A stretch of 64,000 bases of DNA from positions 21,585,045-21,649,044 of the forward strand of contig NC_092680.1 in NCBI RefSeq assembly GCF_964355755.1, given 5' to 3'. This DNA is from Antedon mediterranea (taxonomy: Eukaryota > Animalia > Echinodermata). The stretch's first letter is position 1, and the number at the start of each line of letters is the position of its first letter. The notes beneath the pieces are model-generated. The model made no database searches, was not told the origin of the DNA, and saw only the letters and a program-made list of their open reading frames with translations. Positions 1 to 14,255 of this stretch are shown here, one piece after another. The position numbers and the translations under genes are program-made.

Positions 1-1133
1 GGTATCCTAATAAGGATACGGACCCGGGAATAAATCCAGTTTCACGTTTCTTTACCAGCTTTTATTTTCATCTCAAATTACGTGAAAGAGCGAACAAAAT
101 CATGATTTAGATCTAATCAAAAACGTAGTCTCCATTCTAATCCCCTGAGGCTACGCGCCAGTGAGAGAAAGTATTTACTTGAGAGAGAGAGAAGAGAACA
201 AAATCTTTACAATACCAATGTATTATCTTTTGAATTTGCATATTAATAGCAAGCGTCATACCGGCACACGACATATAAAACAATCCATATTGATGAACGC
301 GTGTGCGACCCTGACTAAATTAATGGCCTGTTTTGCATGAGAATGAAGAAGTTCTAGCCCGCCTGGGGCTCTAACTACAGAAACAAGTTCTGGCTTTTAA
401 CGCAGAAAAGTAGCCAGCAATATTAACAAGATTGAAGACCAAGATTGGAATAACCTTGCTGTATTATGAGTTTGTTGACAGCAACTTTGGACAATTATTG
501 ATTTTTATTTTGCAAACTAATTAGACAATTTGGGTTGAACTTAACGATCTCACTTAAGTACAAAATTAGTATTTAGAATGAAAGAAAAAAACTAAAGCAA
601 GGTTAAACTTTTAAAGCCAATTATTTTAGCTTTAGGTTGTTTTAATGTAAAATCTTACAAATTGATATTAGAAAGAAATTATGAAAATACAGTAAAACAA
701 CAAAAACTGAGTTGATTATATTGAATTAAATAATTTTAAATTGTATTATATTTAAATATATTTTATAAAAATGTTCTTTTTATGATGTCTAATATTCTAT
801 TTTGGTGTAATAAGAAATTGATTATACTTATTACTATAATTGTTGTACTTTGTTCTTTCTTTGATAATATTTATCAGTTGTTAAAGAAAGAAATACAAAT
901 GATAATCAAAAATACTCTTCTATTCTAACAAGTGTTTAAGTTTGGCTACATGAATAAGTTAAAGTAATAAGTAGAGTAAAAAGAAGGCAACTTCCTAACG
1001 CCAAAAAAAAGATTAAAATAACATTGAATGATTAATTTTAAAAATATATACTTTTGGAAAAAAAAAGTATACGAGTGATGACATTTTTATAATTTAAGAA
1101 TATTGCAATATTTAGGTATAAAAGGAATATTAA

Positions 1134-1759
1134 AGACCCCTTCCCTGCAATTTTGGACGTTTTTTGGAAAATAATACATATATATCACTTTAAAAACATT
1201 AAACCATGTCTTTCCTTGTCTTAAATGTACGTTTTATGGTAAATTATGATAAAAAGTGAGAAACAATGCACTACCTAAGTAGCTCGCGGCGATCGACCTC
1301 TCGTGGACGGTCTCAGGCCTAGCCTAGCTAGGCTTAGTTTTGTAGGCCTAGCTGGTAAACATCGGTAACGTACGAACATCGTACGCTAGCTATATACCTA
1401 GCCTGACGTTGTATAGTTGCTGCATTAATTATCTTTCTATTTTTGCCAGACTCCGTTGATACAAATTGGGGGAAACCCGGTATTTTCGCTGAAAAGTTAG
1501 GAGTCTTCCATTTGTTTTGGCTTCACGATCGATCGAAAAGTGGGCGAATTACAGGTGAAAAACAACAATATCAATCCGCGCGCAATGCATTTTGGGATTT
1601 ATAGCGGGCCGCTATAATTATTAAAATCGATTTATTTTTCACATTTTTAACCGTTTAAAGACGAAAAAAGTTATCGCAATAGGACCATATAGTATTATTT
1701 TTACATTAAATATAGTTTGTGATCTTAAATTAGATCTAAAAAACGTAGGGAATGGGGCT
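1134..1759. mobile_element. Kolobok-like non-autonomous DNA transposon (MITE)
   Basis: TTAA on both sides (1130-1133, 1760-1763), AG...CT termini, imperfect TIRs AGACCCCTTCCCT / AGGGAATGGGGCT. No ORF. Confidence 0.65.
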
Positions 1760-3896
1760 TTAAATGATAAGATAAAGTATAACCATCTTGATATTAAAGT
1801 CTAGACATTTTATTGTATAAAAGTTACACTATATATTGAAGGTGAGGGTTATGTTGAAGGTGTATATCAAAATACCAATTATCACCCTCAACACTGAAAT
1901 ATGGTTGAAATATGGTTGAATTAGCCATATATTATATGGTTGAAAATAAAAACCAAATTGAAAAGATAATAGAGAAAAAAAATTATCATCAAAGTAAAAA
2001 TTATTATTTCTGCATTATGTCTATATTTATGAAAATGATTTTACTAATTTGCATACAATTGGTTGAAAAAATTATCGAATAAAAGTTGTATTAATATATT
2101 CATAAACATGTTCCATTCAAATGATTTGAATTGACAGGACCAACTAATTTACGACGCATTGATATTCTAAAAGTTAGCAACCAGATTCTAAAAATAGTAG
2201 CCAGTCAAAACTCTTGCTGGGTTATCGCCGACGACTGCTCTTGTTTTTCTTAATCAAGTTAGATAGCTTTGGTAGGGCAGCTGACAGTCGTGCCTGAGTG
2301 AGCGCATAAAATAATTGATGGGATCTTTATAAGAAGGCTTATAACGTGACTGTGAGTGCGTATGACTGCCTGTCTGTGTGTGTATGCTTACTCCCTCTTG
2401 TGTGCTTGTAATACTTTTTCCATTGTAATGGTAATGAGTTAGATGGATGGATAAATTAATGCACTTACATCGGACCATCTGCTGGCAAAATTCTGCTTTG
2501 TCTCCGGTTTGTTTTTTGGCTTCAAACTACATGATGCAAGATTAGCAAACCACCATTACTCCAGATAGCAAGAGACGGGGAATTATCTCATTTCAGACAA
2601 AATAGATGAAAAAGAAATGAGCTTACACTTATATTGATTAAAAATTCCAGTAAACCAAAATATTATATTTACCATGTTGCAATTTAGTTCATTGATGAAG
2701 AATTATTTTCATTTTTCCAATAACATTTTATTTTTACTTTTAAAAATTATTTTCATTTAATTAGAAACAATTTCAAATATAAATAAGTGGAAACGTATGT
2801 TGGTTTTTCCATGTTCTAAAAAAATATAGTTTGCTAATATAATTTTTATTTTTAATAATTTATGTTACCAACAAATCATCACTTTATTCACAAACTATTT
2901 TTCCGATTCAAATTTAATTGTACTTACCTTAAAATTATGTAAAAAAATAACATTTTCACATTTAAAAAAATCTTAATAACCTTATCATATTGTGTAATTA
3001 TTTTTAAATATATTTTAGCACAAAAATGAATGAAAAACAAGACAAGATAATTATATTGGTAACCACCTAAACTCTGGTAACCACCTAAACACTAGCTTAA
3101 GATCAGATTCCAATGTTGAAATAAGATGAAAGAAAACTATGTTGGTAAATTCAAAATTATAAAATATAAACATGATCAGAACATTTTTTTTTAATTTTTC
3201 CATTTTTTATGTTTGCCATTGAATTTTAACGAATCTACAATATTTAACAGAATGCGTGATTATAGTGTTAAATATTAAGTGACTTTTTAATGACTTTAAC
3301 AGTCTTTTTTAATACTTTAGAAGAATATTAATGAGGATACAGCATACACGTCGTCCCACCGACAAGCAAACTGATAAAAAATGAAGCAAACCGAATCACT
3401 TCACATGTGTTTTTCTCGGTGTGTATTTTATAATGAATGTAACAGTGATATTATCATCACGATAATAATATGCCAGATTAAAATGATTGGAAGAACTAAT
3501 AACAAATAAAAATTATAAAAACAATTCACATAAATACAATTCAGATTATGCTGATTATTAGGGGGCGGGGGATAAATATTTCATAAATGATAAAAACGAT
3601 TCGTCAAGTTGCAGAAAAATAAAAATGACAATTATTTTATTTTAAAAAGACATGGCTGTTAAATTTTAGACCCTGCTTAAATCCGTCCCTGATTAGGATC
3701 GATAGGAATTGAGGAATCCAATTAAGTAAGAAGAAGAACTATATCTTTATCTTTCAATTTTGTAAAGATGAAATTATATTATATTAAAGTTACAAAGAAA
3801 CCAACATGTTTTAAACATAAAAATAATTTTTAAATAAATTGGTTAGAAAAACTATCTAGAATGTTTCAATGTGGTTTGGAATAATTGCATTTTAAT

Positions 3897-4056
3897 AAGC
3901 ATGAGCACATCGCAAGCAAAGCATGAGCACATCGCAAGCAAAGCATGAGCACATCGCAAGCAAAGCATGAGCACATCGCAAGCAAAGCATGAGCACATCG
4001 CAAGCAAAGCATGAGCACATCGCAAGCAAAGCATGAGCACATCGCAAGCAAAGCAT
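3897..4056. repeat. 22-bp minisatellite (AGCAAAGCATGAGCACATCGCA), about 7 copies
   Basis: Direct tandem repeat; explains the three overlapping ORFs at 3852-4104. Confidence 0.95.
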
Positions 4057-5523
4057 GTGCTTATATTTGCACATGCTTACAGAATCCATTAAGGCTGGGA
4101 TCAAAGGTTGAAATCACGCATTATTTACAAGCAAAAAAGTTATGATTTATATAACTGTCCCTGTAAAAAATCTTCTTTTTTTTTTTTAATTTATATTCAT
4201 GTACAAATAAGGACAAATGATAACCTCTCTGTAAAGTGAATCACAAATAACTGAAAGGAGGCAAATATTTTAATTTCTTAATGAACATCTCTAGCAATTT
4301 ATAAATTTGTGTATAAGTGATAGGAAGCGCCTGCTAAAAGTAGGAAAGGGAATCATTCATAGCCTACAGTCACAATACAACCTTTTCACAAAGATAAATT
4401 AAAGATAAATTAAAGATAAATTATCATTTTTATATAAAAGAAGAATATGTTCTAATACCTTTCTTTTTCAATCATTTTTTTTTTATTTTATAATCAACTT
4501 TTATTTCTTACAATATGTGATTATAGTGTCTGCTTATTAAAAGTACCACTAAATACTGTTAATAGCATTTAACATAAATAACATACAAAACACCTTTTAA
4601 ATGTTATATAGCATTTAACATAAAACTATAACATTTTTTATATCAAAAGCAAGTGGTTGTTTGAATTTGTCTGTGTGTACAGTTTATGACTATTTTAATA
4701 CATAAAATATTTGTTTCTTAACTTAAGTTTAGTAAGACAATAACATGCAGAATTTGTTAAAATTATTAGTTTATGAATTTTTTTAAAATAATTTATTGAA
4801 ATACGATACAGCGCCACCATAAACAATTTTAAACTTTAGAATCATTTTCTAATTTTGAAGTATAGGGGGCTCACTTGTTAATTATTCATAAATCAGGCGT
4901 GTTTGTTTTTTGTGATAAAAGGCCATAGTAATATACTGTACTTAATCTCAGTTATTTACAGACAAGCACACGTATACTTATTTCTATGTTTTTTATATGA
5001 ATATTATATATATTAATAATTATCATTAGACACTACATTTAAACATTTACCACTTATCACTTAAAATAATAACTCTAAAATTATTATTCTAATATTATTT
5101 TATTTGCATACGCTGCATGGATGTAGACAAGTTAAAGTTATTAAATTATAAACATTTTGATTTAACTTTGAGTTAAGTATTTATTTTAATTATCATACCA
5201 TGTCAAAAAAAATACAATAGTTTAATTTAAGTATTCTTTAGTCTATTATGAATTGCCAAATGCAATAAAATTATAACCGACAATAGAGGGCTCACTACTA
5301 GAATATTACGCCATCAGAGTGACATTTTGTTTTTTTTCATTATGAGTGTTCATGCAACAAACAATCAAGACAATCAACCATAGTAGAAAAGTCTTATTTA
5401 GAAAATAACATTTAGTTAATTTTGAGTGTAAATCTAGCTTAATAGGTAAGACCTGTTAAAATGTATTTTCATGATCGCTATAGCACAGGAAAACCCAATA
5501 AATTTAGTGGAAAATAGAGGGTC

Positions 5524-5812
5524 TTTTTTTATTTTTTATTTTATTTTATGTCTTTAGGCAATGTGGCCAAGGATTACCAATAGTGAATTAATCACTGTCC
5601 TATCAGATAGGTGGTAATCCCCCTGATACAGGGGCTATTTTGTGAACCAGTTCACCGGGGTAACCCCCTACTCTTTTCGAATAATGAACTGGGTTCTTTA
5701 AAGTGCACACAGGTTATAACTGTATACACTGGACCTACGGTTTATAGTCCTTATCCGAGAAGACTTGTTCCACCACCAGAACTAGGAGCGAGTCGGCCTC
5801 GAACTCGGGTCC
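5524..5812 (-). mobile_element. tRNA-derived SINE with Deu/Nin-like core, 5' truncated
   Basis: Shares the core TCGGATAAGGACTATAAACCGTAGGTCCAGTG...GCACTTTAAAGAACC with copies at 20890-21151 and 61788-62180; A-rich tail on the minus strand. Confidence 0.75.
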
Positions 5813-8729
5813 TTTTTTAAGTTATTATCAGCTTTCATCTCCCCTTAAAGGTCAAGCTGCAACCAACCGGCATTGTCATTTGTCTGTCCACAACAACAGA
5901 GGTTGAGGAGGACCACTACACAGAATTAACCAATTGAGGGAGCTATACATTTTTAATTTATTTGTTACACTTATAAGGTATACAAACCACCAAGTACATT
6001 ATTCGGAAAAAAATACAATATTAACACCAATAGGTGGCTCACTTCAAATTCAAAAACTTCCAAAGAAATTTCAGAAATAATCCGGAATTTGAAATTAAAC
6101 TAAAAGTGGTGACAAAAAAAAGATAGACCTACTATCCACTGTCTACTATTCTGTACCGACACAAAGTTAAAAATGTCACGGCTTTTAGTGTTTGAAAAAT
6201 ACAATAAAATAATCGAGTATAAAACATAATGATTAAATAATCTTTTATGTATGCATCAATTCTTAATAAAGTGTTAGATTAGAATTTGTTTTATTAGGGG
6301 AACATTTTCTCGTGGAACGAGGGGTAGTACAGTCCCTCTTTAGATGTCCTTTTGATAGGGGCTTTATTGTATTGATATACACAATAGGTTGTAAGATCAC
6401 CAACCCCTATTGAGGAGACACAAAGAATAAGGCAACACTAGTTTACCTGGTTCTGATAGGGGCTCTACCGAATTGCTTACTGGTCTATTCAGCCTCTGTG
6501 ACAGACGAACAGGCAGCGTTTGGTGGCAGCACTTGACACAAAGGGACTCTTCTTTGGGGAGATGATTCATAGATTAGATTCATAGATTCATACTTTATTC
6601 TCATCCATTGCTGGAAATTCCATTGCTTGCATTAAAAATTACATTACAACAATTGAAATTAAATTACAAAAAAACATATTACCTTACATTATTACATTAA
6701 AAGTTGTGGTATGTGTCGTCCACACCTGTAGGCAATTCAGCCCAGTAGGCTGCAAGTCGCAGGTTATTCCTCCCTTTACATATACATTACAAGACTTTCC
6801 TTTTCCAACAAGCTTTTCATTAATTTATCATTTCCTGCTTTTATTTTTGATGTAAAGCGCAGTAAGAGCCTGCTTATATGCGCTATATAAGAACGGACTA
6901 TTATTATTAATTTTTATGTCTAAGAACAATAACAATATTATCTGATTTGAATAAACAAAGTATTCAAATAATAGAACAGAATAAAGTTAAACTGCATATT
7001 AAATTAACTCCTTATAATACCTTTCACACATAAAATAATTATAATAATACGGTTGTAAAATTTCAATATACATATTTAAAATAAAACTCACCAAAATACA
7101 CAGAAAATGATTGTAATCAAATCCACGATCATCGCCCATATCTGACGAGCAATTTGCACCTTACATCGCCAAAGACAAAAGGATTTTAATATAATGGCAT
7201 GCTCATGAATATGCATGATTTGATTAATGAGCTTATTATTAGAGTAGTAGTAGTAGTAGGCAATTCTTCTTGTGTCATAGGTGGCATAATAAATGTAATT
7301 AAGTCATGGATATTATTAAGTAAGTCTTACTGTTGTTATTAGGTTTATGAGTGTTGATTCAGACTTGGAGACCCACATGATTTAGTTCGATTTTGGAAAT
7401 CCTGTCTCTCTCTATTGTTTGTTTTTTGTTTTTTATATCTGAGACAAAATAAATGAAATGAAATGTTAAAAGATAGTGGCTTCAGAATGCATGTTTTAGA
7501 GTGTGTTTATGTAAATGGGGTGAGAAAATATTTATTCTTTTTCACACTTTAGTACAAATGTTGTTAAAGTGGTACAGTTAAAAAGAACAAGTACATACTG
7601 TATACTGCTTATGACCACATAGTACCTCAAGATGTCTGGCTATGAAATTTGGCTGAAATATATTCAATCAATCAATCAATCATTCAATAAATTAATCAAT
7701 AATTCATTCTAAATCAATGTGTATTCTATAAAACTTAGGTTTATGTACAACATCATCAAAAGTTATGAAAAAGAAAAACTCGAAATAAGCAAGCTTTTAT
7801 AAGGAGACCCTTGTCTGAATCTGTCCTACAAGGAGTGGGATAATATTCTAGCATGAGATTATAATTGGTCATAGGGTAGTATAACAAGTTGTAAAAATAT
7901 TCTTTTAAATATTTCGTGTCAATTATTGTTTAAATACTGTTTGCTGCCCTCTATGAAAGTGATTGATTTGAAGCAGTAACGTCTTGAATATTATAATCTA
8001 TTTATAAATATGTACAATATTATGAAGCTATAGGAAAAAGAGGAAGGAGGTAGACGATGCGAGGGGGGGGGGGGGGGTGAGTTGTTATCTTACCTAATAA
8101 ATGCTGCAGTACCCAAACATGCAAACATGAAATAAGTATTAATCCTAGCAGTTGATTTCAACCCGACCACTTTTACTTTTACCCAAAAAAATAGATAGAA
8201 AAAAATTATCTTTATCTGATAAAAACGTTTTTATCTCAAATTGAATTTCAACAGGCTTGCGGTTAAATTTAGCAGTTTATTTTGTGTTCTTTATAAGCGA
8301 AATCATCATTTTTTAAATGTTTTTTTTTTATTTTTAAAAAGTTAATAAAAATAATCAAAACTACAAATTCAAAGTTTGGTTTTATACACATACATCTTTA
8401 TTTTTTCTATGTTTTGGGGGCGGGATATAACTTTAAAGATGGTATTGTCTCCCAAAATCATAAAAATAAATATTAAATATTTATTTTTCATGATGAATTT
8501 TATAAAACCGGAATTGGAATAGGAAAAGTTTTAATGTTATTGCCTTCCACAGGAAAAAACAAACAAAAAAAGAATGATTTCACTTTTAAAAGACAAAATA
8601 AATAGTTAAATTTAACCAAGAACCTATTATCTGATACTTACAGACAAAAGGACTATTTTTACTATTTTTTCCTATAAATTACAGTTTTTTAGGTAAATAA
8701 TGGTATTGTGACTTTGGCATATCCAACAA

Positions 8730-9230
8730 AATAATTTTATTTTATTTTATTTTATCAAAACCAACAGCGATAAATACCGCCACTAACAGGTTTGAAACAT
8801 AAAATACAACATCAAAAACGGTTAACAATAAAATACAGATAAAATATATAATATATATATAACATAGATCGGCATGCCATAAACAATTTCAATTAATCAA
8901 ACAGGTTATGCAGGCTGTTCAAGAAGTGAACACATAATCGTCCTCTTAAAATAACCAAGTCTATCATTAAAAATATCGATATGATTGCTATTTAGATTAT
9001 TAAATGTATAAGGTAGTCTATGAAAAAGTCCCCTCTTAGTACAGTCGACACGGCTAAAAGGAATATTCAATAAATGTCTATTTCGTGTACGACCAGGAAC
9101 ATTTAAACTAAATAGTGAAATTAATGAACAGTCATATTTAGAATTTAAAATATTATATAAAAAAACCATATCAGATAATGTAAAAACAGGGAGACAATAT
9201 ATCGTTAAATTAAAACAAATAATAATAATA
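8730..9230 (-). mobile_element. LINE (CR1/L2 group) ORF2 C-terminal fragment and 3' tail
   Basis: ORF 8906-9259 has the typical post-RT C-terminus (DMVFLYNILN...RTRN...FHRLPYTFNNL...IDIF) followed by an AATAAA-rich tail. Confidence 0.7.
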
Positions 9231-11760
9231 TCCCAAAAAAATGTTACAGTCTTCAACATTTTTAAATGAATATTAAACTAAACTAAAAAATCAAACATTA
9301 AAAAACACCATACGTCAACAATACGAATGAAAAAATAAATCTGAAACAATCAAATTATCTATTTTGGTTTCTATCACTGGAGAACAATAGCCATCATTTT
9401 TATCAGACCATCGAGCAAACAAAGACCCAAGTGCTCCGAGCAATGCTAGACAAAAGGATAAGTCTTCGCCATGGAAACAATGACCAGTATGTAGGGGTTA
9501 CACACTACGCAGTTAGGAAATCCCTTTGTAAACATTACAAGTTTCTTATTAAAATGTTAATTAACTAAAATAAAGACATTGAACTAATAAAAAGAATGTT
9601 TTTTTTTCATTCTTTTGTGACTTCATTCCTAGCTTTCTACCCCTTGCCTACAATTAATTCCCAAAAAAAAACAAATTTATCAGTAAACAAAATAATATTT
9701 ATAAACGTTTTTTTGTATTTTTTGAAATAGAGATGGATGAGAAGGGGAATATAATCCTATTAATCTTCCTCCACTTTTTTTGCTGATACTTAAGTTTGTA
9801 CTTAAATATCTTAATGTAACATATGTACATATTTATGGTGATGATCGTGAGAAGTATGTAGATTGGCAAACATTAGGGAGTTCCTATCATGTATGTAAGG
9901 ATGACCATCAGCAGATACCTAGAAACAATTTAGATTTAGGCGGTAGGCATGCAGGATGTGTGAGACCTACCGATAATAAACGCTATATTGCACTATATGG
10001 AGAGAATTATAATATTCTATTTTCATGATTAATATAACTAGTAATCAAGCCACATCTCAAAATTATGTTTTTTCATACCCATTTTAATGGGAATAACAGT
10101 TTTGTAGTACTGAGCATACTACTGAAAAATAGCAACCAATACAAAAAATACCATCAAACTATTTATTTATTGTAAATAATTTTAATAATAATATTAATAA
10201 CCACTAGACTAGTAGTAGTATAACAACAAGTGGCCCAGTCCCCTTATAAATATAAATTCGACGAAATTCGGCAACATGCCTTGAAAACTGAAATAGAAAA
10301 TCAAATTAAGTCTTGTCTAACTAAGCCCACTTGATTCCAAAGTAACCAGGAAGTGCCAGGTTGCTCAGGGCACCGGATCCGGAAGCAGCCTTCCTCCGGG
10401 GAAGTGGGAGGATAAAAGAACAGTCAACCTGCCTAGTGCTGGCCTGGCAGTGGCAGCCTTGCTTCTTTTTTTTCGTTTCATTTCAATACAAAATATACTC
10501 ACCTAGCCTTCATTCTGTTTGTAAAGATGGTGTATAATTAACTTCTATAACAATTGATGACAAAAATGTCGTATAAGTATATTATTGTCACCCAACATTC
10601 AATTGTTTTTTGCGGCCAAACAACAAACACTGAACTCGTCACCAAAACCATGTATTTAAATTATTTTATCCACTAATGTTTATATATTCCATTCCATTCA
10701 TTCCAAGGTACCAAAATTGTAAGAAGAAACATGTAAATAAACAATTAATATTCCTTGATATAAAGTTCCATGTGGTTACAAAGAAGTCGTAGACAAGGCT
10801 GGGGATAACCCACGTTTCTTCTGATTACACAACAAAAACATGTGGCCACCATTCGTAATAAAAAAGGATTTTACCACAAAGCGTGTCCCAATCTCCCGCC
10901 ACTGGCTTTGTTGTTCTTTGTTCAGTCATTGAACTCGACCGTAAGCAGTCAAAGAAACACTCCGATTGGTCAATCGAGATAAAACCCTTATCAGTGATTG
11001 GTTATTTCTTTCAATCATCAGTCGCAGACTATAAGTTAAGTACGCTACATGTGCGATACGCGCTGGCAAACAACAGAAAAACTCAACGTTTTCAGAGCGA
11101 TAGAAATATTAATATGAGAAATTGTAATGTTTCGCGTGTAGAGAGTTATTGTTAGGGCTCGGGTGGTGAAGGAAAATACGGGAAGACAAAGGAAATATGT
11201 AAAGATTTAAACAAAGGAAAGGGAATACGACGAACAACGGACAACCATGGCTTTGTCTCACATTTTGTTATGCAATATTATTTTTGTTTGTAATAATCAT
11301 CATTATATTTTTTTGTCTGTTTTGGATTCAACATCTAGCACAGGTCTTTTATATATCTGTTTTTTAAATTGAATAAATAAATAAATAAAATATTAATAAA
11401 TAAATAATATTAATATAGCAGGATTTTTAACGACTAAATTATAAAATTGTATTACCTAGAAATATTGGTTATTATTGGTAATTAACTCGTTTGTCTCATC
11501 TTCAGCAATGGGTCTATAGAGAGGTGGGCCAGGGGACCGTATTATACATTTAGGTCACAATTCCGACACTACCTTTTAAAGTTGTAGGCCGCCTTCAAAT
11601 AATAACCAACACATGTTTTCCGATGTCATAAATTTATTTACAACTATAGCATTTTAATGTTGTACAATGATCTGAGCACATTTCAAAATAAAACAAAATA
11701 TTTATGTTGTGCGTTGGTAAAGTTATGCTAAAATAGTTATTATATAAGCTGTAGCAGAAA

Positions 11761-12958
11761 TTACAAAAGCTTCTTAATTTCGTCGTAGAGAACCAAGACT
11801 AATGCTCCGCCAGTTCCCCTCAATACGTTTGAGAACGCACCTTTGAAGAAGGCCCCACTACCTTCGGTCTTGAGGATCTTGGCCCAGCAGTCAAGAGTTC
11901 CCTTGTAGATGACGTCTTTGCGACCACTCTGCATCATCATACGTCGACGTACTGTATCGAACGGATAAGACAAGATACCAGCGCCAGTGGTCACCACTTG
12001 AGCTATCATCCAAGACACGACGATCGGTGTGTTCTTCGGATCTGGCAGCATACCTTTAACGGTGTCGTAAGTGCCGAAGTAGGCTGCACGGTAGATGATG
12101 ATACCTTGGACGGACACACCGAATCCCCGATACAGACCAAGAATACCATCGGATTTTGCTATCTTTGTCAGACAATCTCCAAGTCCTTTAAATTCACGTC
12201 CACCTCCTGCCTTTCCAACATCAGCGGCAAGACGTGTTCTGGCGAAATCCAACGGGTAAACGAAGCAAAGTGACGTTGCACCAGCTGCACCTCCAGAAGC
12301 AAGATTACCCATAAAATACCGCGCGAATTGTGTGTTCTTGTCGACCCCACCCAAGAATATCCGCTTGTACTTGTCTTTAAAGGCAAAGTTAAGAGCCTGA
12401 GTTGGGAAATATCGGATGACGTTGGCCAAGTTCCCACGCCATAATGACGTAAATCCTTGCTCTTTGGTGACGCGCTTAAAGCAGTCCAATATACCTTTAT
12501 ATTGGTCTTCGGGCTTGATCTGTTTTGAGACGGCCTGGACCTGTACAATCAACAGAATAAAGTATGATTATAAAACTGTTATGGGCCTAAGCCTAGGCCC
12601 CTAACTAGGCCTAGGCCTAGGAGGCCTAGATTAGCCTCTAGCTATTAAAAATAAAAAGGATAAAAAGAATTATTAGGCAAGGCCTAGGCTAGGCTAGCTA
12701 GCAGGCATAGGGCCTAGGAGGCAGGCCTAGGCAAAGCAACATTTGCAAAAAAAAGATAAAAAGAAACACAATAACCAAAACAAAAGTAACTTAAAAGTTG
12801 CTGTAGGTAGAAGAAAAAAGCAGAGAAGCCTAGGGCTAGCCTACCTGAAGAAGTAACTTAACACGTTCGATTGGTGCTACTGCTGTCTTTGATATTGCTG
12901 CTGCGCAACCACCAGCCAGTAAGTCTTTAACAAATCCTGTAGCGTCAAAGCCTCCCAT
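11761..12958 (-). CDS. ANT: Mitochondrial ADP/ATP translocase (ANT, SLC25A4/5/6 family), 297 aa, 2 exons: 12958-12845, 12540-11761
   Basis: Exon 1 [38 protein letters not shown], phase-0 GT-AG intron, then VQAVSKQI...; three PxD/ExxK/R carrier motifs and the RRRMMM signature. Confidence 0.97.
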
Positions 12959-13519
12959 GATTGTATTTTTTAGGTCCTAATTGTCTGATTTTAAATGACA
13001 AGAGATATCACCGCCGAAGCCGTTTGCTTGATCTGCTGCTTAACTATTATAATGCGTTTATGACGCGTATAAATAATAATACAAACAATGCATGCATCAA
13101 AATGTTGCGCGCGAAATGATTCGCGTAGAACTTAATGCGCTTCCGAATCATCCACGCACACGCACACATTTTATTACGGGAGCACACGTCGTAAACTAAT
13201 TAACTGACTAATTAATTGATTGATTGTTTTTATTGTAATACATTGTAAACATTATTGTTTTTTTTTAATATTTGTTTTTTTTTATATAATTTGTTGCATA
13301 ATAAAAAAAAAAGACATAATCTCTGTAAAAATATATTAATTAGAGTACATATATGCCTAATAATATAACATAGGATGTTTAGAAATGACCATTTTAAAAG
13401 ACACACATCTTTCCCAAAACTGTAAAAAACACACACAATTTAATTATTGATAAATAAATATTCCTTTATTAACCAGATAAAAAATATATACACGGAAAAT
13501 AAATAATTTAGCTCCTACA

Positions 13520-14255
13520 AAATATTATCTGGCGCTCATCCACTGTCACATTCCTCCCACTTATTCTCCAAACTCAATCTTCTCAAACTCTCGGACATTA
13601 ACCTATCCCAGCAAGGTGTCTTTGTTTTTTTGGCCACTCACTCACTTCTCCCTTGCCATCTTAACGACCTTTTCGCTCCTAATAATACCGTTCATAAATA
13701 TTATACTAGAACAAGAAATAACATATATATCCCTAACCATAACACCAATTATTTTCAACATAGCATTAGATATTCTGGACCTCTATTGTTTAACAATTTA
13801 CCCCCCTCAATTTCCTGTGCTGCTAACCGCTATTCATTCAATAATAACATAAAAAATTACCTCTTGTCTCATTACTGATCGATCTGTTTGATATGGTCGT
13901 TGTTTCCATGTTCCGTGACTTGCTATCTTTATTATTCAATTGTCATCATATTCGCTATATGCCATGCAGCTGTACTTTTTTCTGTTCTTTTTTTATTTTT
14001 TATTCCAACTTTTATCTACTGGTTTTATATATATTTTGTATTTCTTTATTGTTTAAAAATTTATTTTCTTTATTTATATTTTTTTTTTTTTCTTCTCTTA
14101 ATTTAAATATTTTGTAAAGGCAATCCCGTCACAAGATTGTAATCTTTTTGGGATTTGCCTTCGTCCATTTTCTTGTTTTATCACTTGCCATTTTGTTTTT
14201 GTTACTTTTGTCTTTTGGACGTGAATAAATGTTCCTTGAATTGAATTGAATTGAA
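13520..14255 (+). mobile_element. LINE (L2/Crack-like) 3' fragment
   Basis: Degenerate ORF2 end (HKYYTR...FQHSIRYSGPLLFNNLP...IKNYLL*) followed by a T-rich UTR, AATAAA and a (TTGAA)n tail. Confidence 0.75.

Noticed and set aside
3852-4104. Cys-rich repetitive ORFs
   Set aside because: Translations of a 22-bp minisatellite, open in all three frames.
9465-9478. RFX X-box-like TTCGCCATGGAAAC
   Set aside because: No adjacent gene start is visible and a single motif is insufficient.
1-11700. Hidden protein-coding gene in the first 11.7 kb
   Set aside because: No recognisable exon chain; only repeat fragments. Small exons of a flanking gene cannot be excluded.
11761-12958. ANT as a retrocopy because of its long exon
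   Set aside because: It retains a canonical intron at the conserved LLLQ/VQ position and has an intact frame.
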